Shown here piece by piece: positions 1 to 11,600 of a stretch of 64,000 nucleotides of DNA. Every line of letters begins with the position of its first letter. Position 1 is the first letter of the stretch. A model generated the notes under the pieces. It was not told the origin of the DNA. It ran no database searches and saw only the letters and a program-made list of their open reading frames with translations. The position numbers and the translations under genes were made by a program. The stretch is from Treponemataceae bacterium (GTDB lineage Bacteria > Spirochaetota > Spirochaetia > Treponematales > Rectinemataceae), in the NCBI GenBank assembly GCA_963667725.2, contig CAXXHO010000005.1, positions 32,001-96,000 on the forward strand. Direction: 5' to 3'.

Positions 1-235
1 GGTCTACGTATACTCCGACGACGCGACCGGTAGCCGTACCCTGTTTTTGGAGGAACTGCGCCAGTCGGTTCGCCTTTTCGTCCAATTCACGATAGTTCAG
101 CCGTTTAGCACCCATCGTCACCGCGGGACTATCAGGAGTCTTCGCGACCTGTTCCTCGATGAGTTCGTGAGGACCCCGGCCAAGAGGATAGTCGCGCTGC
201 GTCTTATTCCATGGCTGTAGGCAAGGGGAATTCAT
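1..235 (-). CDS. NRPS-type amino acid adenylation domain protein, N-terminal part (runs off the left edge)
   Basis: Manual translation from ATG at 235, with GAGAGG upstream: MNSPCLQPWNKTQRDYPLGRGPHELIEEQVAKTPDSPAVTMGAKRLNYRELDEKANRLAQFLQKQG. This has the typical WNxT..YP..HELxEEQ..TPD..AV lead-in and an A1-like LNYREL motif. It is absent from the ORF track because there is no stop in the window. Confidence 0.85.
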   Translation of the reverse strand, partial: MNSPCLQPWNKTQRDYPLGRGPHELIEEQVAKTPDSPAVTMGAKRLNYRELDEKANRLAQFLQKQGTATGRVVGVYVD

Positions 236-329
236 TTGATCGCCTCTCGAGCTTGCAGATCCCTACAAGGTACCTTATGCCACCCTTCGCCGGATCGGCC
301 TCTCTCGAGAGATCCGGTACACGCTTGTC

Positions 330-2465
330 TCAACTCAGTGGCTGACGCCCATCCTCGAATTTCTGATTGATGAGCGAAGTCACCAAGTGTAGGTAGTCCT
401 TCTTCTTCCTCTCCCAGCTATAGCGCTCCACGTACTCTAGCCCTTTCGCAACCATGGACTCTCGCGCACTCCGGTTCTCGATTACCTCCAACATCGCCAG
501 TGCCATCGCCTCGTCATCCCCCGATGTAAAGAAACGAACGACCGAGTTATCAAAATACATTGAGTCAATCTTAGTTCGTGAGAGTACTACCGGGACCGCC
601 TGAGACATGAATTCCATGATCTTTGTGCTGTAAGCTTCATTCCCGAACGAATTGGCCCGCTTCGGGACCACTCCCAGATCAGCATTCGCTATCACTTCCG
701 GGATTATGTCCAACGCGACTGGCCCGAAGAACTTCACTCTTTCGGCCAAGCCTAACTGATTGGCCAACTCGGCCAACTCAGTCCTGGCGTTTCCCCCGCC
801 TCCGCCCCCGTATAAGTGCAACTCGGCTCCGGGTACGCGATTCTTCAAACGAGCCAACGCCCTAATAGCAATATCCAACCCCTGATGCCATTGGAACGTG
901 CCCGGGAAGAGGATAACCACCTTGCCGTCAGTTCTCGTTCGGGGCCGTCGATAAAAGATGGCTGGGTCGACATGATTGAGAAAGACCGACGCTTTCTCTT
1001 TGGGAACAGACCGCGAAGTCAGTGTTTCGTACCAGAGATCATTAGAGACGATGACGTGATCCACAAATGAGGCTGAGAGGCTCTCTAACCGTTTGAGTAA
1101 ACGAACATATCGAGGCCTCGCTCCGCCAAATTTGCTCGCGAATAATTCGGGCACTATATCATGGATGTCCAGGATCAGTTTCGCATCAGTCTGTTTTGGA
1201 TACCATGCGGCAAACACGAGAAAGTCGGGTACGTTGTGGACGTGAATTAGGTCATATCGCACTTCGTGGTGACGACGAGTCAAAAAGACCGAAGATGCCA
1301 ACAAAAAGCGCAGTACGCGCCATGCGTATGTCCATTTCCCCTGCTCGTCGCGTTCGCGGTGCTGAATTCGGTATATGGAAACGCCGTTAATTATTTCCGT
1401 CTTGAGTGTGTTTCCCCCGCTACTAAGTGCCACAACATCGACTTGATCACCACTTTTGGCGAGTGCCTCCGCGTATCGTCGAACCCGGTTATCACTTTCA
1501 TAGCCCGTATACGCCAGCATACAGACCTTTCTCCGCGTATTGCGTGAAGCGAGTGGCACACGGGCGGAATAGAAGCGGGCGACATCGCGCGGGCATGCCG
1601 TCCAGATGGCTTGACTGTGGTTTTCTTGCACATACCGCAGAAGATCTTCATACCGAGACGCCGGGTACTCATCTCTGGCTCGTGTCGCCTCATTAAAGGA
1701 CATGTAGTCTGGGTGAGTATTGACCAAGGCCATGCCGCCACGAGCTGCTATCCAATCGAGCTTGCGTTTCCAAGTATCGATATCGTGCTCGCGCAACACG
1801 CCAAACAAGGTAAAGTCTTGTGGGAGGGTATAGGGCAGTTCTACATAGCCATCGCCGTCGCGGCCCGGCACCCAGAAAGGGAAAATCGTCCCTACGCCAT
1901 CCGGTTCAGGCTCGAAGGGGTCGGTGTCAAAGGTAGATGCATCATACTCGACGCCGATCTGGTGTAGCCACGCCAGCCTGTGCTGCATCAGCGGCGAACG
2001 AAAACCGGAAGCATTCCAGCACTCAAGGTATTTCTTGATTCGAACCGCATCTGAAGCAAATCGGTCTTTGGAAGAGTAAAGCTTTCCATCATGTTGCAGA
2101 CCATGTACTCCAACCTCGAAACCAGCTCGATCTAGCGTGTCTCGCAAGGCGTCTGGGACTCGATATTCTCCTTCGGGCACGAAATTGAATGATGAGCGGA
2201 AGCCGTACTTCAGGTCCAGATTCATTAGCGCTTCGACACGCGCCAAGCCCTTGCTTCCCTCAACATCATGAGTGAGGACGAATGCAAAACGCTTGCCTTC
2301 AGGCCAGCCCGGCCAGCCTGGGGGAGTGAAGCCCGCCCTCTCATCGATTGGCCATACGCCGGCATGGCTGGCCCGCCTTCTGGCGGCCCACCATCGCCGC
2401 GCCGTCAAACACAACCATCGCGGTAGAAACGGCTTGACGTTGTAGTACAAAGTCGTGAAGATCAT
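330..2465 (-). CDS. Polysaccharide deacetylase (CE4/NodB-like) fused to a GT4 glycosyltransferase
   Basis: N-half has LTHDVE, EVGVHG and GFRSP motifs. C-half has DNRVRRYAEAL, IHVHNVPD and AYSTKIMEFM motifs. Likely start is ATG 2465 (ORF track starts at 2489). Confidence 0.85.
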   Translation of the reverse strand: MIFTTLYYNVKPFLPRWLCLTARRWWAARRRASHAGVWPIDERAGFTPPGWPGWPEGKRFAFVLTHDVEGSKGLARVEALMNLDLKYGFRSSFNFVPEGEYRVPDALRDTLDRAGFEVGVHGLQHDGKLYSSKDRFASDAVRIKKYLECWNASGFRSPLMQHRLAWLHQIGVEYDASTFDTDPFEPEPDGVGTIFPFWVPGRDGDGYVELPYTLPQDFTLFGVLREHDIDTWKRKLDWIAARGGMALVNTHPDYMSFNEATRARDEYPASRYEDLLRYVQENHSQAIWTACPRDVARFYSARVPLASRNTRRKVCMLAYTGYESDNRVRRYAEALAKSGDQVDVVALSSGGNTLKTEIINGVSIYRIQHRERDEQGKWTYAWRVLRFLLASSVFLTRRHHEVRYDLIHVHNVPDFLVFAAWYPKQTDAKLILDIHDIVPELFASKFGGARPRYVRLLKRLESLSASFVDHVIVSNDLWYETLTSRSVPKEKASVFLNHVDPAIFYRRPRTRTDGKVVILFPGTFQWHQGLDIAIRALARLKNRVPGAELHLYGGGGGGNARTELAELANQLGLAERVKFFGPVALDIIPEVIANADLGVVPKRANSFGNEAYSTKIMEFMSQAVPVVLSRTKIDSMYFDNSVVRFFTSGDDEAMALAMLEVIENRSARESMVAKGLEYVERYSWERKKKDYLHLVTSLINQKFEDGRQPLS

Positions 2466-2580
2466 AAATCCGAAGGGACAGCTCCCCACTACGAGGAACG
2501 AACGGACACTTGTACTCGCTGCATCACCGGTGGTACTGGCCGAGACTTTGGGCCATTCTGGAGGCCAACTACACCAAGGT

Positions 2581-2883
2581 TCACCTGATATTGAATGCGT
2601 TGCTAGTTGCGGATGTCAAGCTGCCATCGGTTGCTCGAAGTATGTAACCAGTTCCCGCTCTGCTAATCCTGCAACCGGCAAACGTTGCTGTGCCGTTTGA
2701 CGCAGACGTTGGGTTAGATGTACAGTCGAGGGTACCCCCGCCGGGGTTGGTGTTGATCGCCAATGTTACGCTGGAGTAGTTATTCGTGACGGTGTTACCG
2801 CCGGCATCCTGTACGGCCACCACCGGCTGCGTCGTCCAGGTTGCGCCAGCCGTACCACCACCCGGCTGAGCGGTAAAGGCTAG
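2581..2883 (-). pseudogene. Detached C-terminal ~100 aa of the giant secreted protein (5641-14220), separated by IS insertions
   Basis: LAFTAQPGGGTAGATWTTQPVVAVQDAGGN is the same repeat as in the giant ORF. Removing the ISs at the CTAG restores AAG CTA GCC TTT (K-L-A-F) in frame. Confidence 0.9.
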
Positions 2884-4345
2884 TACTACTGTGTTATAAA
2901 CGGAACAAATTAGTGTAGAATTGTTTGGTGGGCACACCGACCGCGCCAGGCTCACAGCAGAAGCGCTTTGCGGCATACATGGATGGCCTGGCCGAAGCCG
3001 CAGGGCACGCCGATCGCAGCATCCCGCTGAAGAACTACTGCACCGGACTGCTCTTGCCGGGCGAACGTAAAAGCGTCGAGCCGATGGCGGCCCGCCTGGC
3101 TCCCCACAATGTGCGCCGGATGCATCAGTGCTTGCACCACCTGGTGGCGACCGCGCCCTGGAATGATGAGGTCGTGCTGGATCGAGCGTTGGACACCGTA
3201 TTGCCGGCGATGCTGGCCCGCGGTCCGTTGATCGCCTGGGTGGTGGACGATACCGGCTTCCCCAAAAAAGGCAGGTATTCGGTCGGCGTGGCCCGTCAGT
3301 ATTGTGGTCAACTCGGCAAGCAGGACAACTGCCGTGTCGCCGTCAGCGTTTCGGTAACTACGGGAACCTCCAGCATGCCGGTCGCCTTCGGTCTGTATCT
3401 GCCGGAAGCGTGGGCTAACGACAGTCAGCGACGGGAGGAAGCGGGCGTGCCGGCGGAAGTTGAGTTCCGCACCAAACCGGAAATCGCGCTGTCGCAAATC
3501 CGTCGGGCGCGCGAGCGGGGCATCCCCGAAGGGGTGGTGCTGGCCGATGCCGGATACGGAACCGACACGGGTTTTCGCACGGAACTGACGAAGCTGGAAT
3601 TGCGCTACGTAGTGGGAATCCAAAGCACGGCAACCGTCTGGGAACCGGGCAAACAGCCCGAACCGGCGCCACCCTACGCCGGAAAGGGGCGACCGCCACG
3701 ACTGTTACAGCGAGACGCGAAGCATCTGCCGGTTGCGGTGGGGCAACTCGCGCTGTCCTTGCCAGCCAAATCCTGGAAGACGGTGACCTGGCGAGCCGGA
3801 GTAAAACAGAAACTGCGTTCCCGGTTTGCCGCCGTCCGCGTTCGCCCGGCCCATCGCGACTACTGGCGCAGTGAGCCGCATGCCGAGGAATGGTTGCTGA
3901 TCGAATGGCCCAAAAACGAGGCGGAACCGACCAAGTACTGGCTTTCTACCTTGCCTGGGGAACTCTCCATGACCGAACTGGTCCGGATGGCCAAACATCG
4001 CTGGATCATCGAGCGCGACTATGAAGAACTGAAGCAGGAGTTAGGGTTGGGGCACTTCGAGGGGCGCGGCTGGCGAGGTTTTCACCATCACGCCACACTC
4101 TGCCTGGCCGCGTATGGGTTCCTGGTGGCCGAGCGGAACCGTTTTTTCCCCTCAGCGCGTGTCGGCCATCTTGGACTACCAGCCCTGGACTTGCCGCCGG
4201 ACTTCCGGCCGCGCGGCTCGCCTTCGACCCGAGCGGCATAACCCGACCTCAATCGCCACCTTACGCATCCGGATCGCCCGCTATCTCCTGACGCAGTTCC
4301 CCTCCTGCCCTTTCTGCGGATGCCTACGTTTATAACACAGTAGTG
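2884..4345 (+). mobile_element. IS701-family insertion sequence
   Basis: 19-bp terminal inverted repeats, 2884-2902 TACTACTGTGTTATAAACG and 4327-4345 CGTTTATAACACAGTAGTG (1 mismatch). Flanked by CTAG at 2880-2883 and 4346-4349. Confidence 0.92.
2925..4241 (+). CDS. IS701-family DDE transposase
   Basis: Motifs RKSVEPMAARL, VDDTGFPKKG..SVGVARQYCGQLGK, LADAGYG and RWIIERDYEELKQELGLGHFEGRGWRGFHHH. Confidence 0.93.
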   Translation: MVGTPTAPGSQQKRFAAYMDGLAEAAGHADRSIPLKNYCTGLLLPGERKSVEPMAARLAPHNVRRMHQCLHHLVATAPWNDEVVLDRALDTVLPAMLARGPLIAWVVDDTGFPKKGRYSVGVARQYCGQLGKQDNCRVAVSVSVTTGTSSMPVAFGLYLPEAWANDSQRREEAGVPAEVEFRTKPEIALSQIRRARERGIPEGVVLADAGYGTDTGFRTELTKLELRYVVGIQSTATVWEPGKQPEPAPPYAGKGRPPRLLQRDAKHLPVAVGQLALSLPAKSWKTVTWRAGVKQKLRSRFAAVRVRPAHRDYWRSEPHAEEWLLIEWPKNEAEPTKYWLSTLPGELSMTELVRMAKHRWIIERDYEELKQELGLGHFEGRGWRGFHHHATLCLAAYGFLVAERNRFFPSARVGHLGLPALDLPPDFRPRGSPSTRAA

Positions 4346-4349
4346 CTAG

Positions 4350-5636
4350 GAACCTGTTGAAAAACGCCGCCAGTTGCGTCTATCCAGTCACTATGATCGC
4401 GAAAGCGACGCCTTCGGAGGCGTTTCGAGGGCCGGAGTTAGCCCTCATCGGGCGCGCGGCGTGTTGAAAAACGCCGCTTTTCGCCCGCGGGTCACACTTC
4501 GGTCCGAGCCAACCGCGGGAGCCGCCATAAATTGTAGGCCGCAGCGGTCATCACGAACTGCCAGCTCACTTTCAGCAGCCCTCTCAGCTTCGTCTTCTTC
4601 ATGCCGCCGGTCTGCTTCATCCAACCGAATATCTTCTCGATCAGCGGGCGCTTCGATAGACTGATCCGGTAACTGGCGTGCCGCGCCGTTCGCCCGTCAA
4701 TCGCGCTGCCGCCGTTGCGCCCGGTGTTCTGCGCCACGTGCGGGCGAATGTTCATCTCACGCGCAGTGTTCACGAAGTCCCGCGTGTCGTAGCCCTTATC
4801 GGCCCCCACGCTCATCGGCCCGCGCTTCCCGCGCCGTCGCCGGGATTTCCATTTGCTGTGAAGCATCAGCAGCGCCGCGTCGCGCTCGGCCGTGCCGTCG
4901 GCGTGCGTCAACAACGCATCCACCACCAGGCCGTTCCGGTTTTCCATTAACACGTGGCCCAAGTAGCCCAACTTGGCTTCCTGACAGTTACCCTTGCGAT
5001 ACAGGCGCGAGTCCGGATCGGTCTTCGATTCGTGCGTGTCGTTGCTGCGCTTCTGGCCGCGAAACTGGCCCGGTTCATCGTCGTCGCCGTCCTTTTTCTG
5101 GAAGCTCTTCTGGCTCGCCCACGCCTCGATCAGCGTGCCGTCGACGCTGAAATGCTCATCCGACAGGTGCGGCTTGGCCTGCTCCAGCACCCGCGCGAAG
5201 AACGCCCGCGCCACGTCCTGATTCAGCAACCGCTCGCGGTTCTTGCTGAACACCGCGTGGTTCCACACCGGCTCATCCAACTCCAGACCAACGAACCAGC
5301 GGAACAACAAGTTGTACTGCATTTGCTCCATCAGCATGCGCTCGCTGCGGACGGAGTAGAAGATTTGCAGCAGCGCCGCGCGGAGCAAGCGCTCGGGCGG
5401 CACCGAGGGGCGGCCGGTGCGGGAATACATGCCCTCGAAGTCCTTGGCCATGGCTCGAAGGACCTCATCCACTGCCTTGCGGATGGAACGCAACGGGTGA
5501 TCCTGCGGCACCCGCTCCTCCAAGGATACATAGCTGAACATCCCCGATTGCTGCTGATCGTCACCGCGCATACTCTGATTGTCGCGTGGCCGAATTCGCT
5601 GGCAAAGGATCTCAGGAAGAGTTTTTCAACAAGTTC
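4350..5636 (-). mobile_element. IS5-family insertion sequence
   Basis: 16-bp terminal inverted repeats, 4350-4365 GAACCTGTTGAAAAAC and 5621-5636 GTTTTTCAACAAGTTC (1 mismatch). Flanked by CTAG at 4346-4349 and 5637-5640. Confidence 0.92.
4492..5571 (-). CDS. IS5-family DDE transposase
   Basis: Motifs MRGDD..MFSYVSLEERVP.DHPLR, GRPSVPPERLL, FSVDGTLIEAWAS, ADKGYD and IEKIFGW. Confidence 0.93.
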   Translation of the reverse strand: MRGDDQQQSGMFSYVSLEERVPQDHPLRSIRKAVDEVLRAMAKDFEGMYSRTGRPSVPPERLLRAALLQIFYSVRSERMLMEQMQYNLLFRWFVGLELDEPVWNHAVFSKNRERLLNQDVARAFFARVLEQAKPHLSDEHFSVDGTLIEAWASQKSFQKKDGDDDEPGQFRGQKRSNDTHESKTDPDSRLYRKGNCQEAKLGYLGHVLMENRNGLVVDALLTHADGTAERDAALLMLHSKWKSRRRRGKRGPMSVGADKGYDTRDFVNTAREMNIRPHVAQNTGRNGGSAIDGRTARHASYRISLSKRPLIEKIFGWMKQTGGMKKTKLRGLLKVSWQFVMTAAAYNLWRLPRLARTEV

Positions 5637-8600
5637 CTAGCTTTGCCGCAGGCCCTACGGCGATGTTGAACGCATTGCTCGTCGCAGCGGTTAGGCTGCC
5701 GTCGGTTGCCCGTAAGGTATAACCGGCCCCAATTTTGTCGATCGCGCAGCCAGTAAAGGTCGCAACCCCCGATACCGCGGATCGGGGGTTACTGGGACAC
5801 ATAAGCGTACCCCCGCCGGGGTTGCTGCTAATCGCCAACGTCACCGTGGAGGTGTCAGTTGTGACCGTGTTTCCATTGGCGTCGCTAATTGTCACTACCG
5901 GCTGCGTAGATAAACTAGCCCCGCCGGCCCCGTTACCCGGTTGTGTAGTGAAGACTAGCCGCGTGGCCGGACCGGGAACGATGTTGAAAGCGCTGCTGGC
6001 ATCGCTTGAAACTCCGGAAGCGTTCGCGCTCAAAATGTAGCCGGTTCCCGATCTGTTGATGCTGCACCCCGCAAACGTAGCCACTCCCGATACAGTAGCG
6101 ACCGCCAAACCGCCCGGAGAGCATACGAGCGTCCCTGACCCGGGATTGGTCGAGATCGCCAATGTGACCGTCCGGCTGGCCGTGCTAACGGTGTTGCCAC
6201 CGGCGTCCTGAATCGCCACAACCGGTTGAACCCCCCATGTGGCTGCGGCACTACCACCGCTCGGCTGCGTGGTGAAGGTCAGTTGCGTAGGTAATCCCAC
6301 AGTGACGGTGAACGCGTTGCTCGTCGTCGCGGTCAGGCTGCCGTCGGTTGCCCTTAAGGTATAACCGGTGCCGATTTTGTCAATTGCGCAACCCGTAAAG
6401 GTCGCCACCCCCGATACCGCGGACCGGGGGTTGGACGTGCAATTGAGGGTACCACCGCCTGGGTTGGTGCTGATCGCCAACGTCACGCTGGAATAGTTAT
6501 TCGTGACGGTGTTACCGCCGGCGTCCTGTACAGCCACCACCGGCTGGGTTAACCAGGTTGCGCCACCCGTGCCACCACCCGGCTGAGTGGTAAAGGCCAG
6601 CTTCGCCGCGGATCCCACGGTGATGTTGAACGTGTTGCTGGTGGCTGGGGCCAAAGTGCCGTCGATCGCTTGTAACCGGTAGCCGTTCCCAATCCTATCG
6701 ATCTGGCAACCGGAAAATGTTGCCACTCCCACCATTGCGGTCACAGGGTCGGCGGCGCAGGTTAGAGTCCCTCCACCAGGGTTGTTACTGATCGTCAAAG
6801 TCACGCTGGACGCGTCCGTGTTGACAATGTTGCCATTCGCGTCCTCAATGGCCACCACCGGCTGCGTTGCAAGGCTCGAACCGCCGCTACCGTTGCCTGG
6901 CTGCATGGTGAACACCAACTTCGTGGCCGCGCCAGCCGTGATATTGAAAGCACTGGTGGTTGCGCTGGTCATACCGGAAGATGCGGCGCTCAATGTGTAT
7001 CCAATCCCTGATTTGCTGATATTGCAGCCTGCGAATGTCGCCACGCCCGACACCGTAGCCATCGCCAAGCCGCCCGGCGGGCACGCCAGAGTTCCAGAAC
7101 CAGGGTTGTTTGAGATCGCCAATGTGATCGTCCTGTTTACCGTGGTTACCGTGTTCCCACCAGCATCCTGAATTGCAACCACCGGCTGAGCTGGCCAGGC
7201 CGTTAGGAACATGCCCCCACTCGGCTGTATGGTAAAACCGAGCTTCGCGGCGGAGCCCACAGTGATGCTGAAGGCAGCACTGGTTGCGCCATGCAGTGAG
7301 CCGGACGTTGCCAGCAAGGTGTAGCCGCTTCCTGCCCTGTCAATCGCGCAGCCTGCAAAGATCGCGACGCCTGACGACGTGCTGACGGGATTTGCCGTGC
7401 AGCCAAGAGATCCCGAACTGGGATTAGTCCCTGTCGCGAGCGTGATGGAATAGGCTGGGGTCGTTACGGTGTTACCGTTAGAATCCTGAACGGTCACCCT
7501 TGGCTGCGCGGCCCATGTCGTTCCTCCGGTTCCTCCACCCGGCTCTTGTGTGAAGACCAGTTGAGCCGCGGCCCCTGCTGCGATGTTGAAGGTCCCGCTC
7601 GTGGCTCCTGCTAACCCTGCCGCCGAGGCTGTTAACGTGTAGCCGTTTCCCGACTTGTTAATGCTGCAGCCTGCAAACATCGCGGCCCCCGCCGAACCGT
7701 CTAAGGGATTCGTGATACACGACAGCGTCCCCGAGCCAGGATTCGTCCCGATCGCCAGCGTGATCGCATTCGTTGCATCGGCTATCGTGTGGCCGAACGA
7801 ATCTTGGATTGCCAGTACCGGCTGAAGCGTCCACGCCAGTCCGGCGGTCCCCCCGCCCGGCTGAGTTGTGAACGCAATTCTGGATGCGGATCCCAGAATA
7901 GCGACCACCGGTGAAGTCGGCATCGCCGTGTCATTTCCATAGCCAAGCCTCGTCGTCGCACTGAACGTCGAGTTCTGAGCAGAGTCAGGTGACGTCACAT
8001 AGTTCCCCGCCGTACCAAATGTGACTCTGAAACTCGTGTTTGCAGGGCAAACCATGTTCACGGTTATGACGTTTGAGTAAACGCTGCCTAGACCAGCGCT
8101 GGTGCAGTTTGTGTTCGTAACACCGACGTTGGAGGTGTTGGGTACAGTCCATCCGCTCGGGACGGTAATCCGAACTCTACTGCCGCTCGTAAAGGCCGTA
8201 GTAGTAAAAAACGTGAAAGTCAAGCTCATGCCGGACTGGCTGGCCTTGACGCTGGTCGGGTTCACCGATAGCGAGACGCCCGTGGGCATGACTGTGAGCG
8301 CTGCTTGCTGACTCGTACCGTTGTAGGTAGCGGTAATCACGACACCAGTCGCGTAAGCAACGGTGCCTGTGTTCACGGTAAAGCTCGCAGTGCTAGAACT
8401 CGGGGAGACCGTCACACTAGCCGGCACCGCGGCCACCGCCGGATTGCTGCTGGTAAGCGCCACAACCGCACCACCGGTCGAGGCCGGCCCGGTCAACGTC
8501 ACCGTGCCACCGGAATCGCCGCCCGCGGCAACGATACTCGGTGTCAATGCAATTGCCGAGAGTGACGGCGGATTCACGGTCAAACTGGCGTCCTTAATTA

Positions 8601-11600
8601 CGCCGTTTAGAGTAGCTGAGACGGTTACCCCGCTCACCGCTACCACCGGGTTGGTCGCGACAGTGAAGATAGCAGTACTGGCGCCGGCCGCTACTATCAC
8701 GCTGCCTGGTACCGCAGCCGTCGCCGCCTCGCTCGAAGTGAGCGTAACCACCGCTCCACCAGCAGGTGCCGGCGCAGTCAGAGTGACAGTGCCTATTGAG
8801 TCGGTACCACCTGCTACGGTAGAGGGTACCAATGCCACTGAAGCGACTCCAAAGCCCGCTTGTACGACGGTACCGCCGACAGTCGCGGTCGGCTCCACCG
8901 CTGCATACTTTCTCACCAACACATTGTTGAAGTTCGCGACGGTATTTGCTTCGCCGTACAAGGCCACACCGCCTGCGGTTAAAGACGAATCTGACGCCTG
9001 AACCTGCAGCACGTCGTCTTTATATAGTTCAATCCAAGTACCGTGCACTTTGGCCGTTAACTTGTACCACTCGTTCGGATTGACCACTCCCACGGACGCG
9101 CTACCGAGCGTCGCAGCCGAATTGTTCATCCATCTGTAGAGATACAGGTTATTCGTTGAATTGAGGTCATCGTACAGATTGGCGGAATAAAGATTACCGA
9201 CGCCACCGTTCCGCACTCCCAAGCCCCACAGCCTGCCAGCCACCTGCTTCCCGTACACCTGTACTACATAGTCAGTGCCCGAGTACAAAGAGGAAAGAAT
9301 CTGTGTTGCCGTCGTGCTCCCCTGACCGACTAGGCCAGCGATGCCGTCCTGTTGAGTGTCGCTCACCACCGACCATGTGCCTCCACTTGCGCTCCATTTG
9401 GCAGGGTTCAGAATGGCAGAGCTGAAATCATCGAAAAACTCGAAGGTCTGATCGCCACTAGCTGTGCTGCTGTTTGCTGACGAATTTCCATAATATAGAA
9501 AAAGCGTAACCCCGCTCGTCGGAATCGTCGGCACCCGCACCCATAAGCGGGCACTCTGCTGCGACGGGTTCCAGCTTTCAATCCAGTATGGAAGTTGTGT
9601 GCCTCCGTCTGCATCGGCGAAGCGTAAGTCCGCCCCGTCACTCCGGACTTTTGTAAAGTCAAAGGACGCATCCAACTTGACCTGGACTTGGTGATTCATT
9701 AACGCAGCACCACTTCCGTTCGCCACAGCCACTGCGCTCCGGTACACCCAAGATGGGTTCAACCAACTCCCCCCGACAACGTTGACCGGGAGGGTAGCCG
9801 CTACGTTGATTCCGTCGTAACTGGCAGTAATCGTGACGTTGGTCGATTGCGACACACTGTTGGTTGTCACCGTGAACGTGGCGCTGGTTGCACCCGCCGG
9901 AACAGTCACGCTGTTCGGAACAGCGGCTACGGAAGAACTGCTGCTGGAAATTACCACCACCACCCCGCCCGCCGGGGCGGCACCCGACAACAATACCATC
10001 CCCACGGAGCTGCCGCCAGCCATTACTGCGGCAGGAGTAAACGTCAAAGACGATAGTACTGGCGTAATCATCAAAACTGCCGCTTGGCTGGCGCCAGCAT
10101 ACGTCGCTGTGATCGTAACGCTGGTTGCCTGCGATACAGCACCAGAAGTCACAGTGAAGCCTGCCGTCACCGCACCCCCTTGGACTGTCACGCTGTTCGG
10201 CACAGACGCAACAGCAGGGTTACTACTTGAAAGAGAAATCACGGCACCGTCTTGCGGCGCACTCGCTGCCAACGTCACCGTACCCACCGAACTGCCGCCA
10301 CCAAAAACACTTGAAGGGCTAAGTACCACTGAAGAAAGGATCGGGGTTACCGTAAGAGTAGCCTGTTGCACCTGACCACTATAGGTGGCTGAAATAGTCG
10401 CCATGCTTGTCCTCACGACGGTGCTAGTTCTAACCATAAAGCTCGCACTCGTAGCCCCTTGATTCACCACGACGCTGACCGGTACACCAGCTATGGTTGG
10501 ATTTGAGCTCGAAAGCGTGACCACAATTCCCCCTGCCGGCGCGACACTAGCTAGGGTCACGGACCCGACCGCCTGATCGCCCCCAAACACTGGGTTGGGA
10601 TTAAACGATATCCCTGAGAGTAACTGGTCAGATCGCCCTGTTATAGTCGCGGTCGGCTCCACCGCTGCATACTTTCTCACCAACACATTGTTGAAGTTCG
10701 CGACGGTATTTGCTTCGCCGTACAAGGCCACACCGCCTGCGGTTAAAGACGAATCTGACGCCTGAACCTGCAGCACGTCGTCTTTATATAGTTCAATCCA
10801 AGTACCGTGCACTTTGGCCGTTAACTTGTACCACTCGTTCGGATTGACCACTCCCACGGACGCGCTACCGAGCGTCGCAGCTGAATTGTTCATCCATCTG
10901 TAGAGATACAGGTTATTCGTTGAATTGAGGTCATCGTACAGATTGGCGGAATAAAGATTACCGACGCCACTGTTCCGCACTCCCAAGCCCCACAGCCTGC
11001 CAGCCACCTGCTTCCCGTACACCTGTACTACATAGTCAGTGCCCGAGTACAAAGAGGAAAGAATCTGTGTTGCCGTCGTGCTCCCCTGACCGACTAGGCC
11101 AGCGATGCCGTCCTGTTGAGTGTCGCTCACCACCGACCATGTGCCTCCACTTGCGCTCCATTTGGCAGGGTTCAGAATGGCAGAGCTGAAATCATCGAAA
11201 AACTCGAAGGTCTGATCGCCACTAGCTGTGCTGCTGTTTGCTGACGAATTTCCATAATATAGAAAAAGCGTAACCCCGCTCGTCGGAATCGTCGGCACCC
11301 GCACCCATAAGCGGGCACTCTGCTGCGACGGGTTCCAGCTTTCAATCCAGTATGGAAGTTGTGTGCCTCCGTCTGCATCGGCGAAGCGTAAGTCCGCCCC
11401 GTCACTCCGGACTTTTGTAAAGTCAAAGGACGCATCCAACTTGACCTGGACTTGGTGATTCATTAACGCAGCACCACTTCCGTTCGCCACAGCCACTGCG
11501 CTCCGGTACACCCAAGATGGGTTCAACCAACTCCCCCCGACAACGTTGACCGGGAGGGTAGCCGCTACGTTGATTCCGTCGTAACTGGCAGTAATCGTGA

